From sequence record PP496440.1: 64,000 nucleotides of DNA; one strand, 5' to 3'. A model generated the notes under the pieces. It searched no databases and was not told the origin of the DNA. It saw only the letters and a program-made list of their open reading frames with translations. Within the stretch, counting starts at the first letter, position 1; every line of letters begins with the position of its first letter. A program made the position numbers and the translations under genes. Below are positions 42,334-51,735 of this stretch, piece after piece.

Positions 42334-43257
42334 ATGACCAAAAGTACTTCAGCTAACCAGAAGCAATTGAAAGACGTAGTTAGCTCACCGAAGCCATTCA
42401 ATACAAAGCTAGAGCTGTATGTAGAAGATCATTTGTATTTCGATACGAAGAAGCCGTCGATCAAGGCGTCTTTCTCCGAGCTGGGGTTACAGCCGTTCGC
42501 CAAGGCACCATCCAAAGGGTTCATCCCTAATCTGTCCAAGCTGGCCCGCTCCACCAACGGACCCGAACTGTTCCAGCATCTGGGCTCCCTCACCCAGAAC
42601 CTAGATGCCAGCCAACTACGGCTGCTGTCCGTGGTGTTCAACAACATGGCGAAGATGGAAGCCCATGGCTTGAATTTCGGCCAGAAGGTTTACGTCAACG
42701 TCTCAAGCCCGCGCATCGAGTTCGTCGAGTGCTACGTCGAGGCCATCGTGATCGGCGTCGAGTCGGAACATCCAGAGTCCCCGGTGTTCCTGAGCGTAGC
42801 CTTCGAGAAGATGGCGGCAGATGCTCCGATGTGTTGGTCAATGCCCACCAGTTCTTTCCTGACCGAACGCCAGTTCCGGCTGCTGCGTAAGAGGCTGCGT
42901 GCGGAAGGCAAGACCAGTGTACCGGACAAGATTCGCAAGGAACACTTGTGCTGGGAACGCGAGAACTTCGGTAAGCCGTCGAACCGGTTGTCCGTTGACG
43001 AGACTGTTCAAACCATCGACACCGTCTCGGAGGACTGGCTCAACAGCAACGTCCTCTCACTGCTCGATCCGTATGTGGATCCGACAGCACTGGAAGAGAC
43101 CGAAGTGGCCGATGTCGAAGTGGTTGAAGAGAAGAAGACGCGAACCCGTGGTCCACGGAATCGTCGTGCAGAAGATAAGCAGACGCTTAGCCAAACTAAG
43201 GTCAAGTCGTCTGGTTCAGTGAAGATGAGCAACAACAGCATCTCCATCGTTCACTGA
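42334..43257 (+). CDS. Hypothetical protein
   Basis: 307 aa. Confidence 0.75.
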   Translation: MTKSTSANQKQLKDVVSSPKPFNTKLELYVEDHLYFDTKKPSIKASFSELGLQPFAKAPSKGFIPNLSKLARSTNGPELFQHLGSLTQNLDASQLRLLSVVFNNMAKMEAHGLNFGQKVYVNVSSPRIEFVECYVEAIVIGVESEHPESPVFLSVAFEKMAADAPMCWSMPTSSFLTERQFRLLRKRLRAEGKTSVPDKIRKEHLCWERENFGKPSNRLSVDETVQTIDTVSEDWLNSNVLSLLDPYVDPTALEETEVADVEVVEEKKTRTRGPRNRRAEDKQTLSQTKVKSSGSVKMSNNSISIVH

Positions 43258-43321
43258 TACCGATCCGCTGTATACCTTAAGTTGCTTATACCTTCAATAC
43301 AACGAACCGAGATTCTGATAC

Positions 43322-44401
43322 ATGAAGATTACAAATGTGCATTCCACCCTACTCAATCTTGGAGTTAACCGATCACTGCTGGAGCAAGCGGTTCAGGTTA
43401 CATTGAGTGCGTTGATGCGACTGATCTCAGTTGACGCATACTGTAAGAAGATGAAGAAAGACTTCGGCATCGTGATGAACACTCAAGTGTTCAACGACAC
43501 CTTCGACAACGGCTACTATCTGAAACATGTCAAGCTTTATCTGGCGTGGTGTGTCGGCAAGAAGCTGACGGACAGCATCGACATCCGCCGGGCAGGTCGC
43601 CAGTTCGAACTGGACGCCAAAGATCGTCAGCTGGTCAACCTGATGAAACCCGCCGACCGCAAGATGGTACTGAGCAAGATCAATCCGGAAGTCGAACTGT
43701 ACGCGTCACCCAAGGTGATGGACATCAAGATTGGTGCGGCCATCGACTCGCTGACAGATCACATCGGCAAGTTCACCAACAAGAAGTTGACCTTCACCAC
43801 GAAGGGTACTGGCCGGGATAAGGATGACGTGCACAGTGATCTTCGTATCGCCGCGTTGCGTGCCGCCTACAAGACCTACCCGTTCCAGCTGTGTGACTTG
43901 CATCTCATCAACTCGATGAAGTCTGCCATCCACAACGTCGGCATCAACCTGATCCAGTCCGCCACGACCAAGAGTCGTCAAGTGATGGTCAAGGAAGATG
44001 ATGAGTTCATCATGCTGCGCGAGAACTTCGACTTCTACGGCAGCCATAACGACGTGGCGTCGGTCGTGAGCAGTTGCGGGCTGGACGGGGGCGCCGCTAT
44101 GGGCTCAGGCGGGTGTTCCACCACTGACAGCATTACGTATCAGCAGTTGGTGTCCCAAGTCAAAGGCCGGGCAGCACAGTTCCTCGTAATGCTGGCCGGT
44201 CACTACTCGGAAAGGTTCTCCGCGTACTTGCGACAGATCGGCATCAACAAAGACAATGATGAATGGTCCCAAGCAGTTCTCACCGGTCGGCGCACGTCCA
44301 TCCAGCGCTACTGTGAGATCATCGCAGACTATTGCAAAGTCCCCCACGAGATTGCCAACAAACTGCTAGCAGGTTATCGCCAGCAGATGGCCGTAATGTA
44401 A
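43322..44401 (+). CDS. Putative phage RNA polymerase sigma factor (sigma70-family region 2-like)
   Basis: DKDDVHSDLRIAALRAAYKTYP...LINSMKSAIHNVGINLI resembles sigma region 2; HTH-like C-terminus. Confidence 0.5.
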   Translation: MKITNVHSTLLNLGVNRSLLEQAVQVTLSALMRLISVDAYCKKMKKDFGIVMNTQVFNDTFDNGYYLKHVKLYLAWCVGKKLTDSIDIRRAGRQFELDAKDRQLVNLMKPADRKMVLSKINPEVELYASPKVMDIKIGAAIDSLTDHIGKFTNKKLTFTTKGTGRDKDDVHSDLRIAALRAAYKTYPFQLCDLHLINSMKSAIHNVGINLIQSATTKSRQVMVKEDDEFIMLRENFDFYGSHNDVASVVSSCGLDGGAAMGSGGCSTTDSITYQQLVSQVKGRAAQFLVMLAGHYSERFSAYLRQIGINKDNDEWSQAVLTGRRTSIQRYCEIIADYCKVPHEIANKLLAGYRQQMAVM

Positions 44402-44412
44402 GGAGAGCTGTC

Positions 44413-44628
44413 ATGCCCCGTATCGTAGTCCATCCCTCTGAGAGTCACTGGTTCAGGGGGTTAAAGTTCGCCGAGAAGTTGTATCTAAAAGATGGACTCA
44501 CTTTAGAAGAAGTTGAGACGTGTCTGAATATCAACCGACGCGCCCTTCTCCGAGATGAAGAATACCTACGGGGCGTTGATGACTATCTGGGGTATGCCCG
44601 TGAGAAGCTCCGGGCTGTCCATCACTAA
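44413..44628 (+). CDS. Hypothetical protein
   Basis: Start MPRIVV at 44413 with AGGAG RBS. Confidence 0.7.
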   Translation: MPRIVVHPSESHWFRGLKFAEKLYLKDGLTLEEVETCLNINRRALLRDEEYLRGVDDYLGYAREKLRAVHH

Positions 44629-44645
44629 TAAAAGAGGAAACGACC

Positions 44646-44783
44646 ATGCGTCGAGCCCAACGTACATCGCAAGGTTTCAAGAATGGTTCCCACAATCGTA
44701 AGATGAAGGACCACCGTAAACAACTCAACCAACCTCAGACCGAAGTACCGAAGGTTTGGGAAGCACTGGCGGAACTGGCATGA
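44646..44783 (+). CDS. Small basic hypothetical protein (45 aa)
   Basis: MRRAQRTSQGFKNGSHNRK...; GAGGAA RBS; stop overlaps the next ATG; not in the ORF track. Confidence 0.6.
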   Translation: MRRAQRTSQGFKNGSHNRKMKDHRKQLNQPQTEVPKVWEALAELA

Positions 44784-45469
44784 AAGACTACACACTGATC
44801 GTAATCTCCGGCACGCATCGCACCGGTAAGACCACCATGATGCAGGAGTTCGTCAAACAGAACCCTGAGTTCCAGATACTGCCGTTCACTGTGACCAACA
44901 TCTGGCACAATGTGTTCGGCGACCGTCCGTACACCATGGATCTGGAACCCTATGATCGTCTGCTGCTCCAGTTCGGTCTGCTTAATGCGTGGATTATGTG
45001 TGTTACAGATCACGTTGCCAAAGGTGGAAAGTGGATCGTTGATCGAGGTCCACTTGACTTCGCCACATACATGCGTCTCGGATTGATCGACTGCATGAAC
45101 CACGATGTCAATCTGCAAGCCGAACAGTTCGTGCTCAACTGCATCCAGGCCACGGCGGGGCTTGTCAGTTACGAAATCTTGGTCAGTCCTGTTCTGCACC
45201 GGATCAACGGTGATATGGTAGAAGATGATGTCACGAAGCTCACCGGCAAGGTGGGGCTGATGAATCAGACGGTGTTCCATTCCATCCTGCGTGACGTGGC
45301 CCAAGACACCCTCCGGTCCAGCATCTGCAGCGGGTACTCGGTCGGGCAACTGATCAACTTGCAAGAGTTGCCTACCGAGATCATTCATCTTGGGGATCGT
45401 GTCAATTGGCTGCGGGAGGTGATCGATGCCAAACAGAAAGGAAAGGCCCGCCTACAGCCAACCCGCTAA
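44780..45469 (+). CDS. P-loop nucleoside/nucleotide kinase-like protein
   Basis: ISGTHRTGKTT (Walker A) and IVDRGPLD. Confidence 0.75.
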   Translation: MKDYTLIVISGTHRTGKTTMMQEFVKQNPEFQILPFTVTNIWHNVFGDRPYTMDLEPYDRLLLQFGLLNAWIMCVTDHVAKGGKWIVDRGPLDFATYMRLGLIDCMNHDVNLQAEQFVLNCIQATAGLVSYEILVSPVLHRINGDMVEDDVTKLTGKVGLMNQTVFHSILRDVAQDTLRSSICSGYSVGQLINLQELPTEIIHLGDRVNWLREVIDAKQKGKARLQPTR

Positions 45470-46958
45470 GGCGTTCTCCGTCGGCGTACGGTTACTGGGG
45501 CGCCTGTGGTGGGAGCCTGCCAGCGGCAAGCATCGGCGGTTCGCCACGGTCAATCTGCCTCACGCCGCGCTCACGCTGTACATGGCAGATAGTGCGGGTG
45601 GTACGCAACTGAGCGTGACCACTCGTCTGAGCCGCCGCACATCCAAGAAAGATAAGAAGCCCAAGTCCGCATACATCAATCTTGGCCACTATCTCGACTA
45701 CCAACATGCCAGCAAGGTAGCGCTCGGGAAGCTCAAAGAGTTTCTCGACAATAATCCGGAGCACTGTGTCATGCCTGAAGTCAACACCGCAACAAAGCTG
45801 GACATCACGCTGGATCAGATGAAGTCGTTACTCGACGCTGCCGGGGTGAAAGAACATACTGCTGACACCCTGTGCCGCGTGTTCATGCCGGTCCCAATCA
45901 AAGGTGATCCTACCGATGGTCAGTCCAAACTCTCCATTGCGCTGGCAAAGCTGACCGACGACATCGACGCGATCTCCGGGATGTTCGACGCGGCAGAAGG
46001 TTTTACCGCCATGGACTTCTGTCAGGCGGACGTGGCCTTCCAGAAGTTAATGCGACTGATCAACATCAAACCCCATGACCTGGACTCGGGTGGCGAAGAG
46101 ATCAGCAAGTCGATCAATCGTTTGGTCACCAGCATGTGGCGGTTCAAGATTGATCCGGCACCCTATCTGCTGGAACTGGGTTTGGACCCAGATCAGTCCA
46201 CTGTGCTTGCCATGGAGAAGAAGCTGGTGGAAGTGTACGATGTTGAACCTGAGTTCACGCAGATGATGGAGTCCCAGTTGTCTAAGGCAGACATAGTTCG
46301 GGCTAACCAGCTTCGGTGGGGTTCAACAGACCTGAAACGTTACTTGCGAGACAACGGGTTACATATCCGTATGATCTTTAGCGACCCCGACAAAACCCCC
46401 TACGTAAAACGGTCCGTGTTCGTGTGCGATCTTGATGTCGTCAGCGTGGACGCGTTGGTAGATTCAGGTATTCTTTCGGCTAGTACCACTGAGCCTGATC
46501 TCATGTACCGAGCTTTCAACAGTCAGACGTGGAACCGTAAGCAAGCTCGTTACCTAGTCATCCAGAAAGAGACGTGGGATTTCCTTGATGCCAAAGGGTT
46601 AGAGTCCTTGGAAATTGAGGTAGCAGGATTACAACCGCATGTACTGGAAGGGTATGTTACACCGGAAAATGGAGAGTGGCCGGAAGATGTTGCCAACTAT
46701 TTGGTAGACCTGGGATTCCGGAAACACGGGCATGCAGGTAGTGAATGTTACGTCATGCGACAACCATCTGGGATTAGCAAGAACGATTTCATTCGTAATC
46801 TGATCGACGCCCGTGTACTTCGGGTCGACGGTACAGGGCACTATGCCAAAGTACGAGCCTTCACCGACGGTTTCAAGTCGAAGATTTACAAGTCCGACAT
46901 CGATGAGTATCTGATCCTCCACGTTGACAACTGGCAGACGTCGTCCACGGCGCGCTGA
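45426..46958 (+). CDS. Hypothetical protein
   Basis: 510-aa ORF with no motif I recognise. Confidence 0.8.
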   Translation: MPNRKERPAYSQPAKAFSVGVRLLGRLWWEPASGKHRRFATVNLPHAALTLYMADSAGGTQLSVTTRLSRRTSKKDKKPKSAYINLGHYLDYQHASKVALGKLKEFLDNNPEHCVMPEVNTATKLDITLDQMKSLLDAAGVKEHTADTLCRVFMPVPIKGDPTDGQSKLSIALAKLTDDIDAISGMFDAAEGFTAMDFCQADVAFQKLMRLINIKPHDLDSGGEEISKSINRLVTSMWRFKIDPAPYLLELGLDPDQSTVLAMEKKLVEVYDVEPEFTQMMESQLSKADIVRANQLRWGSTDLKRYLRDNGLHIRMIFSDPDKTPYVKRSVFVCDLDVVSVDALVDSGILSASTTEPDLMYRAFNSQTWNRKQARYLVIQKETWDFLDAKGLESLEIEVAGLQPHVLEGYVTPENGEWPEDVANYLVDLGFRKHGHAGSECYVMRQPSGISKNDFIRNLIDARVLRVDGTGHYAKVRAFTDGFKSKIYKSDIDEYLILHVDNWQTSSTAR

Positions 46959-46971
46959 CCGAGTGACCAAG

Positions 46972-47001
46972 AGCCCTGTGCCAGTACGGACGGGGCTTTT
47001 T
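46972..47001 (+). terminator. Intrinsic terminator
   Basis: AGCCCTGT...ACGGGGCT followed by TTTT. Confidence 0.75.
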
Positions 47002-47018
47002 GCATCTGAAAATAAATG

Positions 47019-47048
47019 TTGCACGCCGTAATGCCCATGTGCTATACT
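47019..47048 (+). promoter_or_regulatory. Sigma70-type early promoter (extended -10)
   Basis: TTGCAC-18 nt-TATACT with TG at the extended -10 position. Confidence 0.65.
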
Positions 47049-47093
47049 GGAATCACGGGAACTCCCCGCCACTATCCCACTGAGGAAAACGCC

Positions 47094-47357
47094 ATGACTA
47101 CTACCCAGATGAAAGCCCCAGCCCGCCCGGTCCAGTATCAGGTCGCTGTCGCCATTTTCATTACGTGCACCGCAATCTCCGTCGTGATCGGTTTGCACCA
47201 CTTGTTCTGGATGATGGTGTTCGGCTTCACCCCGGCAGGTGTGGTTGACTTTTATTCACCGATCATCTTCGGCCATGCCAACGTCACCGCCCCACTCCTG
47301 ATCGTCACGGCTCTGGTTGCCGTGTTCACTTGGCAGCTCGTTGACGTGGAGGCTTGA
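47094..47357 (+). CDS. Small membrane protein
   Basis: Start MTTTQM at 47094, GAGGAA RBS, two hydrophobic segments. Confidence 0.75.
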   Translation: MTTTQMKAPARPVQYQVAVAIFITCTAISVVIGLHHLFWMMVFGFTPAGVVDFYSPIIFGHANVTAPLLIVTALVAVFTWQLVDVEA

Positions 47358-47359
47358 TC

Positions 47360-47701
47360 ATGGGCCATCGCAGCAAGTTCCCATCGCTGGACAAGCAGGC
47401 CCGTGAACTGGAAGCCATGCGCAAGTATCTGGGCTTGGGTACATCGGTCGTCACCCCGCTAGTCGAACAGAATCTAGTTCCAGTCACCACCGTCAAGCGG
47501 GCAGGTTGGAACGTGAGCATGTGGATCATGCCGAAAGATGGATACGTCCCCGAGTTTCTGGAAGTGTTCATCACCCTCATGGACAGACAGCTCGCTTGGG
47601 ACTCGGCGATTCAGTCGATCCCTAAGACCCACAAGCTGCACTTCATCGTTGACTGCATCTACGTTTACGAAGTCAAAGAATGGCACCCGGAGAACAACTG
47701 A
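47360..47701 (+). CDS. Hypothetical protein
   Basis: ATG 47360 with GGAGG RBS. Confidence 0.7.
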   Translation: MGHRSKFPSLDKQARELEAMRKYLGLGTSVVTPLVEQNLVPVTTVKRAGWNVSMWIMPKDGYVPEFLEVFITLMDRQLAWDSAIQSIPKTHKLHFIVDCIYVYEVKEWHPENN

Positions 47702-47958
47702 TGAATGCCCAAGAAAGAGCTGCACCTAAGTTCGTGATCAAGAAAGACGGCAAGTATCACGCCGGTTCTTCTTACGCCACGGGGTACGGCTACCGCAACA
47801 GCTGGAGCAAGACGATCGAGGGTGCAAGAATCTTCGTCCCGGCGAACTCCCGTGTTAACAGTGACGCCGGTGCGCTTGAGAACATCGCCGCCCGGCTGAA
47901 AGGCAAGATAATTCAAGTTACCCTCAATGCAGCTAACCGATACGTAGAGGTACTCTGA
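47701..47958 (+). CDS. Hypothetical protein
   Basis: ATG overlaps the upstream TGA. Confidence 0.7.
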   Translation: MNAQERAAPKFVIKKDGKYHAGSSYATGYGYRNSWSKTIEGARIFVPANSRVNSDAGALENIAARLKGKIIQVTLNAANRYVEVL

Positions 47959-47959
47959 C

Positions 47960-48388
47960 ATGCAACTGACCAATCAGCAACTGACCGCCCGTGAAAAAGA
48001 GTACTGTGTGAACCGCTTGAAAGGTTACCGCAATGAGATCAAGACGCTGCGCAACTGGGAGCATCGGGACAAGGTCAAGCGGCCGCATCGCGTCCCTAGT
48101 CTTCGTGCACAGCGCATCAATGACATCCGCCGGGCGGTGTTCTACCGAGGCATCCTGCGCGGCACCGTTGAACTGCCGCTTGCCAATCTGGGCCACAACC
48201 GATTCATCACGCCCGCCGTGCCACTCGGATACACCATCACCCAGAACCGAGACGGCGTGTGGGGATGGGAGTCCGCCACTGCCCCCGAGTCGCATCGCAA
48301 GTCTGGCTTCGATATGTATCTAGTGGCGCTGATGGATTGCGTCCGGGCACAAGGTCCAACCTACGCGGCTGCTGCCGTATCGTACTAA
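47960..48388 (+). CDS. Hypothetical basic protein
   Basis: 142 aa, GAGG RBS. Confidence 0.7.
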   Translation: MQLTNQQLTAREKEYCVNRLKGYRNEIKTLRNWEHRDKVKRPHRVPSLRAQRINDIRRAVFYRGILRGTVELPLANLGHNRFITPAVPLGYTITQNRDGVWGWESATAPESHRKSGFDMYLVALMDCVRAQGPTYAAAAVSY

Positions 48389-48393
48389 CAGAC

Positions 48394-48424
48394 AGCCCAT
48401 GTGGTTTCGGCCCATGGGCTTTTT
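48394..48424 (+). terminator. Intrinsic terminator
   Basis: AGCCCATG...CATGGGCT followed by TTTT. Confidence 0.85.
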
Positions 48425-48430
48425 CCTCTT

Positions 48431-48439
48431 TGTAAATAG
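48431..48439 (+). promoter_or_regulatory. GTAAAT-type promoter motif
   Basis: TGTAAATAG directly after a terminator, 28 nt before a start codon. Confidence 0.55.
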
Positions 48440-48466
48440 TCCGTATAAATCAACGAGGTAACTGCT

Positions 48467-48943
48467 ATGAACTCTTTAACCGAACTGCTGACTGCATCCC
48501 CGTGGTATCTTATGATCCCTGCATGGGTGGTCGTTCTGGCCATTGGATGGGTTGCCATGTGGATCGTCTGGAATGTGGTGCTCCGCTTTCTCAAGTGCTA
48601 CGCCCGTGGGTTCAGCTTGGGTCTGATGACTACCTACGTGGCCCTACGTGCCGGGGCTCCAATCCAGTACTTCCTATTCTATCTCTTAGTTGAGACGATC
48701 TTCCTTGCTCCGTTCCATATGATCAAGGATGAGATGTTCTCCAGCATCCATTACTCCAGTGTGACTCTGGCCAACGGCGGCACTTGGTCCGGGACCTTCC
48801 AGTGGTACATCCGTAAGGAGATAACCCGCAAAAGCTGGAACCAATGGGAAGCAGAGATGCTGGAGGAAAAAGCCAAGCGGGCAGAGATCGCTAAGCGTAA
48901 CCGTGAAGACTATCTGCGTGACCCTGACAACTTCGACGTGTGA
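48467..48943 (+). CDS. Membrane protein
   Basis: 158 aa with hydrophobic N-terminal helices. Confidence 0.75.
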   Translation: MNSLTELLTASPWYLMIPAWVVVLAIGWVAMWIVWNVVLRFLKCYARGFSLGLMTTYVALRAGAPIQYFLFYLLVETIFLAPFHMIKDEMFSSIHYSSVTLANGGTWSGTFQWYIRKEITRKSWNQWEAEMLEEKAKRAEIAKRNREDYLRDPDNFDV

Positions 48944-48952
48944 GATCCCCGA

Positions 48953-49615
48953 GTGAATATATTCTTCGTCCACGCTGATCCTGTTATTGCCGCAAGCATG
49001 CTCTGCGACCAGCATGTGACTAAGATGATAACCGAGTCGATCCAGATGCTGTGCACGGCGCACCGGTTCTTCGGTAACGAAGATATGCCGTACGAATCGA
49101 TGAACCCGAACCATCGGTGCAACATCTGGGTCCGGGAGTCCACTGAGAACTATCGGTGGTTATGGCGGCACGCCCATGCGCTGGCGCTGGTGGCAGCGTC
49201 CCGATACGGGGCTGTACGCTCGCAGGCGGTGACTTTGTTGTCCCGACTGATCGATGCCCCGGCTGGCGTCGAACGTGGCGCCTTGACGATCCCAGCGGCT
49301 GCTATTAGTGAGCCGCCCGGTTCCCCAATCCCACCGGAGTACTTTCAAGCATGGCGGGAGAGTGTGGTGTGCTTCGAATCTGCCGTCGTTGCTTATCGCC
49401 AATTCTATGTTCAACAGAAGTCGGTGTTTGCTCGTTGGTCTGGTTCGGCACCCGCATGGTATATCCAAGGTTTGCGGCAGTACAGACTCATGCACCGACT
49501 TCGTGAACGAGACCCTAAACGACCGTGGCCGCGAGGCATGACCAAACCTGATACCTCAGTGCAATTTCGGTCGCACCCTACCCTAAGTGATTGGAGGCAC
49601 TTCCCTAATGAATAA
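48953..49615 (+). CDS. Pyrimidine-dimer DNA glycosylase (DenV-like family)
   Basis: MNIFFV..DP..AA..LCDQHVTKMITESIQML.TAH and NHRCNIWVRES..NYRWL match the family pattern. Confidence 0.75.
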   Translation: MNIFFVHADPVIAASMLCDQHVTKMITESIQMLCTAHRFFGNEDMPYESMNPNHRCNIWVRESTENYRWLWRHAHALALVAASRYGAVRSQAVTLLSRLIDAPAGVERGALTIPAAAISEPPGSPIPPEYFQAWRESVVCFESAVVAYRQFYVQQKSVFARWSGSAPAWYIQGLRQYRLMHRLRERDPKRPWPRGMTKPDTSVQFRSHPTLSDWRHFPNE

Positions 49616-49626
49616 GAGGATCTTGT

Positions 49627-49902
49627 ATGACGACCCCATTGACTGACTCTGAACTTCAGATGCTGGTTACGGCTGCACGTGATCAGATGGCTGACGTGAT
49701 CACCCGACACTTGCGCACCGTACTGCTGCCCCAGCATACCGGAACAGAGGCGGAACAAGCTCGTATCGTGGCAGAGGATTCCGGGATCGATCTGATCCAA
49801 CTGGTGTTCCTGCTGAATGGAGATTCGGCCAAGCTGTCCACGCACAAGCTGCTTGAGATTGCCATCCGCCTGCGGCTGCGCCCCGTGTTCACCCTGACCT
49901 GA
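49627..49902 (+). CDS. XRE-like HTH protein
   Basis: VAEDSGIDLIQLVFLLNG...LSTHKLLEIAIRL. Confidence 0.5.
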   Translation: MTTPLTDSELQMLVTAARDQMADVITRHLRTVLLPQHTGTEAEQARIVAEDSGIDLIQLVFLLNGDSAKLSTHKLLEIAIRLRLRPVFTLT

Positions 49903-49916
49903 TCTAGCGTCACCCT

Positions 49917-49950
49917 AACCCCGCCCGGCCATTGTGCTGCGCGGGGTTTT
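49917..49950 (+). terminator. Intrinsic terminator
   Basis: AACCCCGC...GCGGGGTT followed by TT. Confidence 0.7.
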
Positions 49951-50008
49951 CTTGCCTCTAATCGCCTAATTATGGATACACTCAGGTAAGTTTACTAGGA
50001 GTTTAATT

Positions 50009-51643
50009 ATGGCAACCCTTGGATTCAAAAGGACAGTGTCTGCCCCCGTAGGACTGGAACTTTCAGGCAACAAACTCAGTTACACCTGGTATTATCCGGA
50101 TGAAGATTATATCCGGGCTAATTTCCGTAGTCTGCAGGATATCGTGAAGAAAGGTTGGGCAGTTTGTTCCAATGCTGACCTAGTAAACTTCCCTTCGTTC
50201 GGGGAACTGGATGCGTACCATCCTACCTTGGGTGTATCTACAACACCCGTAGTGTCTATGGTAGAACTTACCACCACCCATCTGGCTGGGGATCATAAGT
50301 ACCTGCAAGCCGTCCTGCTAGGTAATATCCCGGTTCTTCTCCTTAGCGATGGCGTGAACTGGCGTAACATCTCGGCCAACAACGCCATTGTCGCCACGGA
50401 CCCCGGCGGTGAAGTAACCCCGCCAGCCCCGTTGAACGCACTCAAGATGGCAACCCAGTGGAATGCTATTCACTGGTACGTCGAGACACCTACTGATATC
50501 GTTCCAGGTGCAACCGAAGCAAGGTACGTGTCCAACATGGTCCACTTCGTCGGCGGCGGCGCCCTGAAGACCATTGCACTGAGTTTCCCTAACTGGTATC
50601 TGTACACGGGTGACGGTCCGGTTGCTAACGGAGGCAGCGCGTTGCCACTGGACAAGGCAGTTATCGAATACAACAGCATCGTTGTCCCCGTAACCTTCAA
50701 CGGTGCGCGGTCGAAGCTGATTCCAGACGGAGCTAGTGACGTAGTGTGCGATGAGATTCCTGCCAGTGCATTCGGCTTGGAAGAGATTCCTAACCTGTCC
50801 AAGTTGCTGGTGCGAACACAGTTCACCTTTGCGGCGGGCGGAAAGATTGTATTCTCGGATCGGAAAGTAAGCGCGGTACCGGGAACTCAGGTAATGGTCG
50901 GCAATACGGCCAATACCCAGTTCTCTGATATTGATTTGCCGGGTCAGATTACTTATAGTGGTACCTACCCCGAGATGAGGGTCTCAGGTTACTGTCCTTT
51001 CGTTATCGGACGGCATACCGATCCAGACGCAGTTGCCATCGCGGCCATTGGCGATTCGATCACCGTAGGCGTAGGTGATTATGAGGCCAACCCTTCCGGG
51101 ACAGGCTGGTTCCAACGTGTCATTGGCAAGTTGCCGGGCAAACCCGCAGCAATCAACCTGTCAGTGGCCGGTACTATCTCACTGGCGGGCAGCACGGATG
51201 ATCGCCTTCAGGATTACTTCAAATACTGCAACAAGGGTATCGCGTTCTACGGGACCAACGATATGTCCTTTGGTGCAACCCCTGACGGAACCCGTGACCG
51301 TCTGAAGAATCGTGTACTGCAGATGAAATCTAAGGGCATTCAGACCGTAGGGGTTGCCAAGTGCCTGATGAAAACCACGTCTACCGACGCGTGGGCTACC
51401 GAGGATAACCAGACGCTGGAATCAGCTATCTGGGGTGCGGGTAACACCATCGAACAGTTCAATGACCTGTTGCCGTTGTCTGGCTTCGACTTCGTTATCC
51501 CTTTCCTCAGCGTTCGAGGTGTAACCGACAAATATAAATGGAGACCAATGGGCACCGCTGATGGTATTCACCCCGCGGTTCAAGCGAACAAAGACATGTG
51601 CGACGAAGCGCTTCCCCTTATGCAGTCAGCCTTCTATCCGTAA
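50009..51643 (+). CDS. Virion/tail-associated protein with a C-terminal SGNH/GDSL esterase
   Basis: IGDSITVG (block I), GTND (block III) and DGIHP (block V); N-terminal part looks like a structural adaptor. Confidence 0.75.
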   Translation: MATLGFKRTVSAPVGLELSGNKLSYTWYYPDEDYIRANFRSLQDIVKKGWAVCSNADLVNFPSFGELDAYHPTLGVSTTPVVSMVELTTTHLAGDHKYLQAVLLGNIPVLLLSDGVNWRNISANNAIVATDPGGEVTPPAPLNALKMATQWNAIHWYVETPTDIVPGATEARYVSNMVHFVGGGALKTIALSFPNWYLYTGDGPVANGGSALPLDKAVIEYNSIVVPVTFNGARSKLIPDGASDVVCDEIPASAFGLEEIPNLSKLLVRTQFTFAAGGKIVFSDRKVSAVPGTQVMVGNTANTQFSDIDLPGQITYSGTYPEMRVSGYCPFVIGRHTDPDAVAIAAIGDSITVGVGDYEANPSGTGWFQRVIGKLPGKPAAINLSVAGTISLAGSTDDRLQDYFKYCNKGIAFYGTNDMSFGATPDGTRDRLKNRVLQMKSKGIQTVGVAKCLMKTTSTDAWATEDNQTLESAIWGAGNTIEQFNDLLPLSGFDFVIPFLSVRGVTDKYKWRPMGTADGIHPAVQANKDMCDEALPLMQSAFYP

Positions 51644-51647
51644 AACC

Positions 51648-51680
51648 AACCCACTTCGGCTTCGGCTGGGGTGGGTTTTT
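51648..51680 (+). terminator. Intrinsic terminator with a UUCG loop
   Basis: AACCCACTTCGGC-TTCG-GCTGGGGTGGGTT followed by TTT. Confidence 0.85.
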
Positions 51681-51705
51681 CATCTTCGTCATTCGCTTTC
51701 GCTCT

Positions 51706-51714
51706 GGTAAATAG
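51706..51714 (+). promoter_or_regulatory. GTAAAT-type promoter motif
   Basis: GGTAAATAG upstream of the DNA polymerase gene. Confidence 0.55.
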
Positions 51715-51735
51715 CACGCATGAAAGTCCCCGTTT

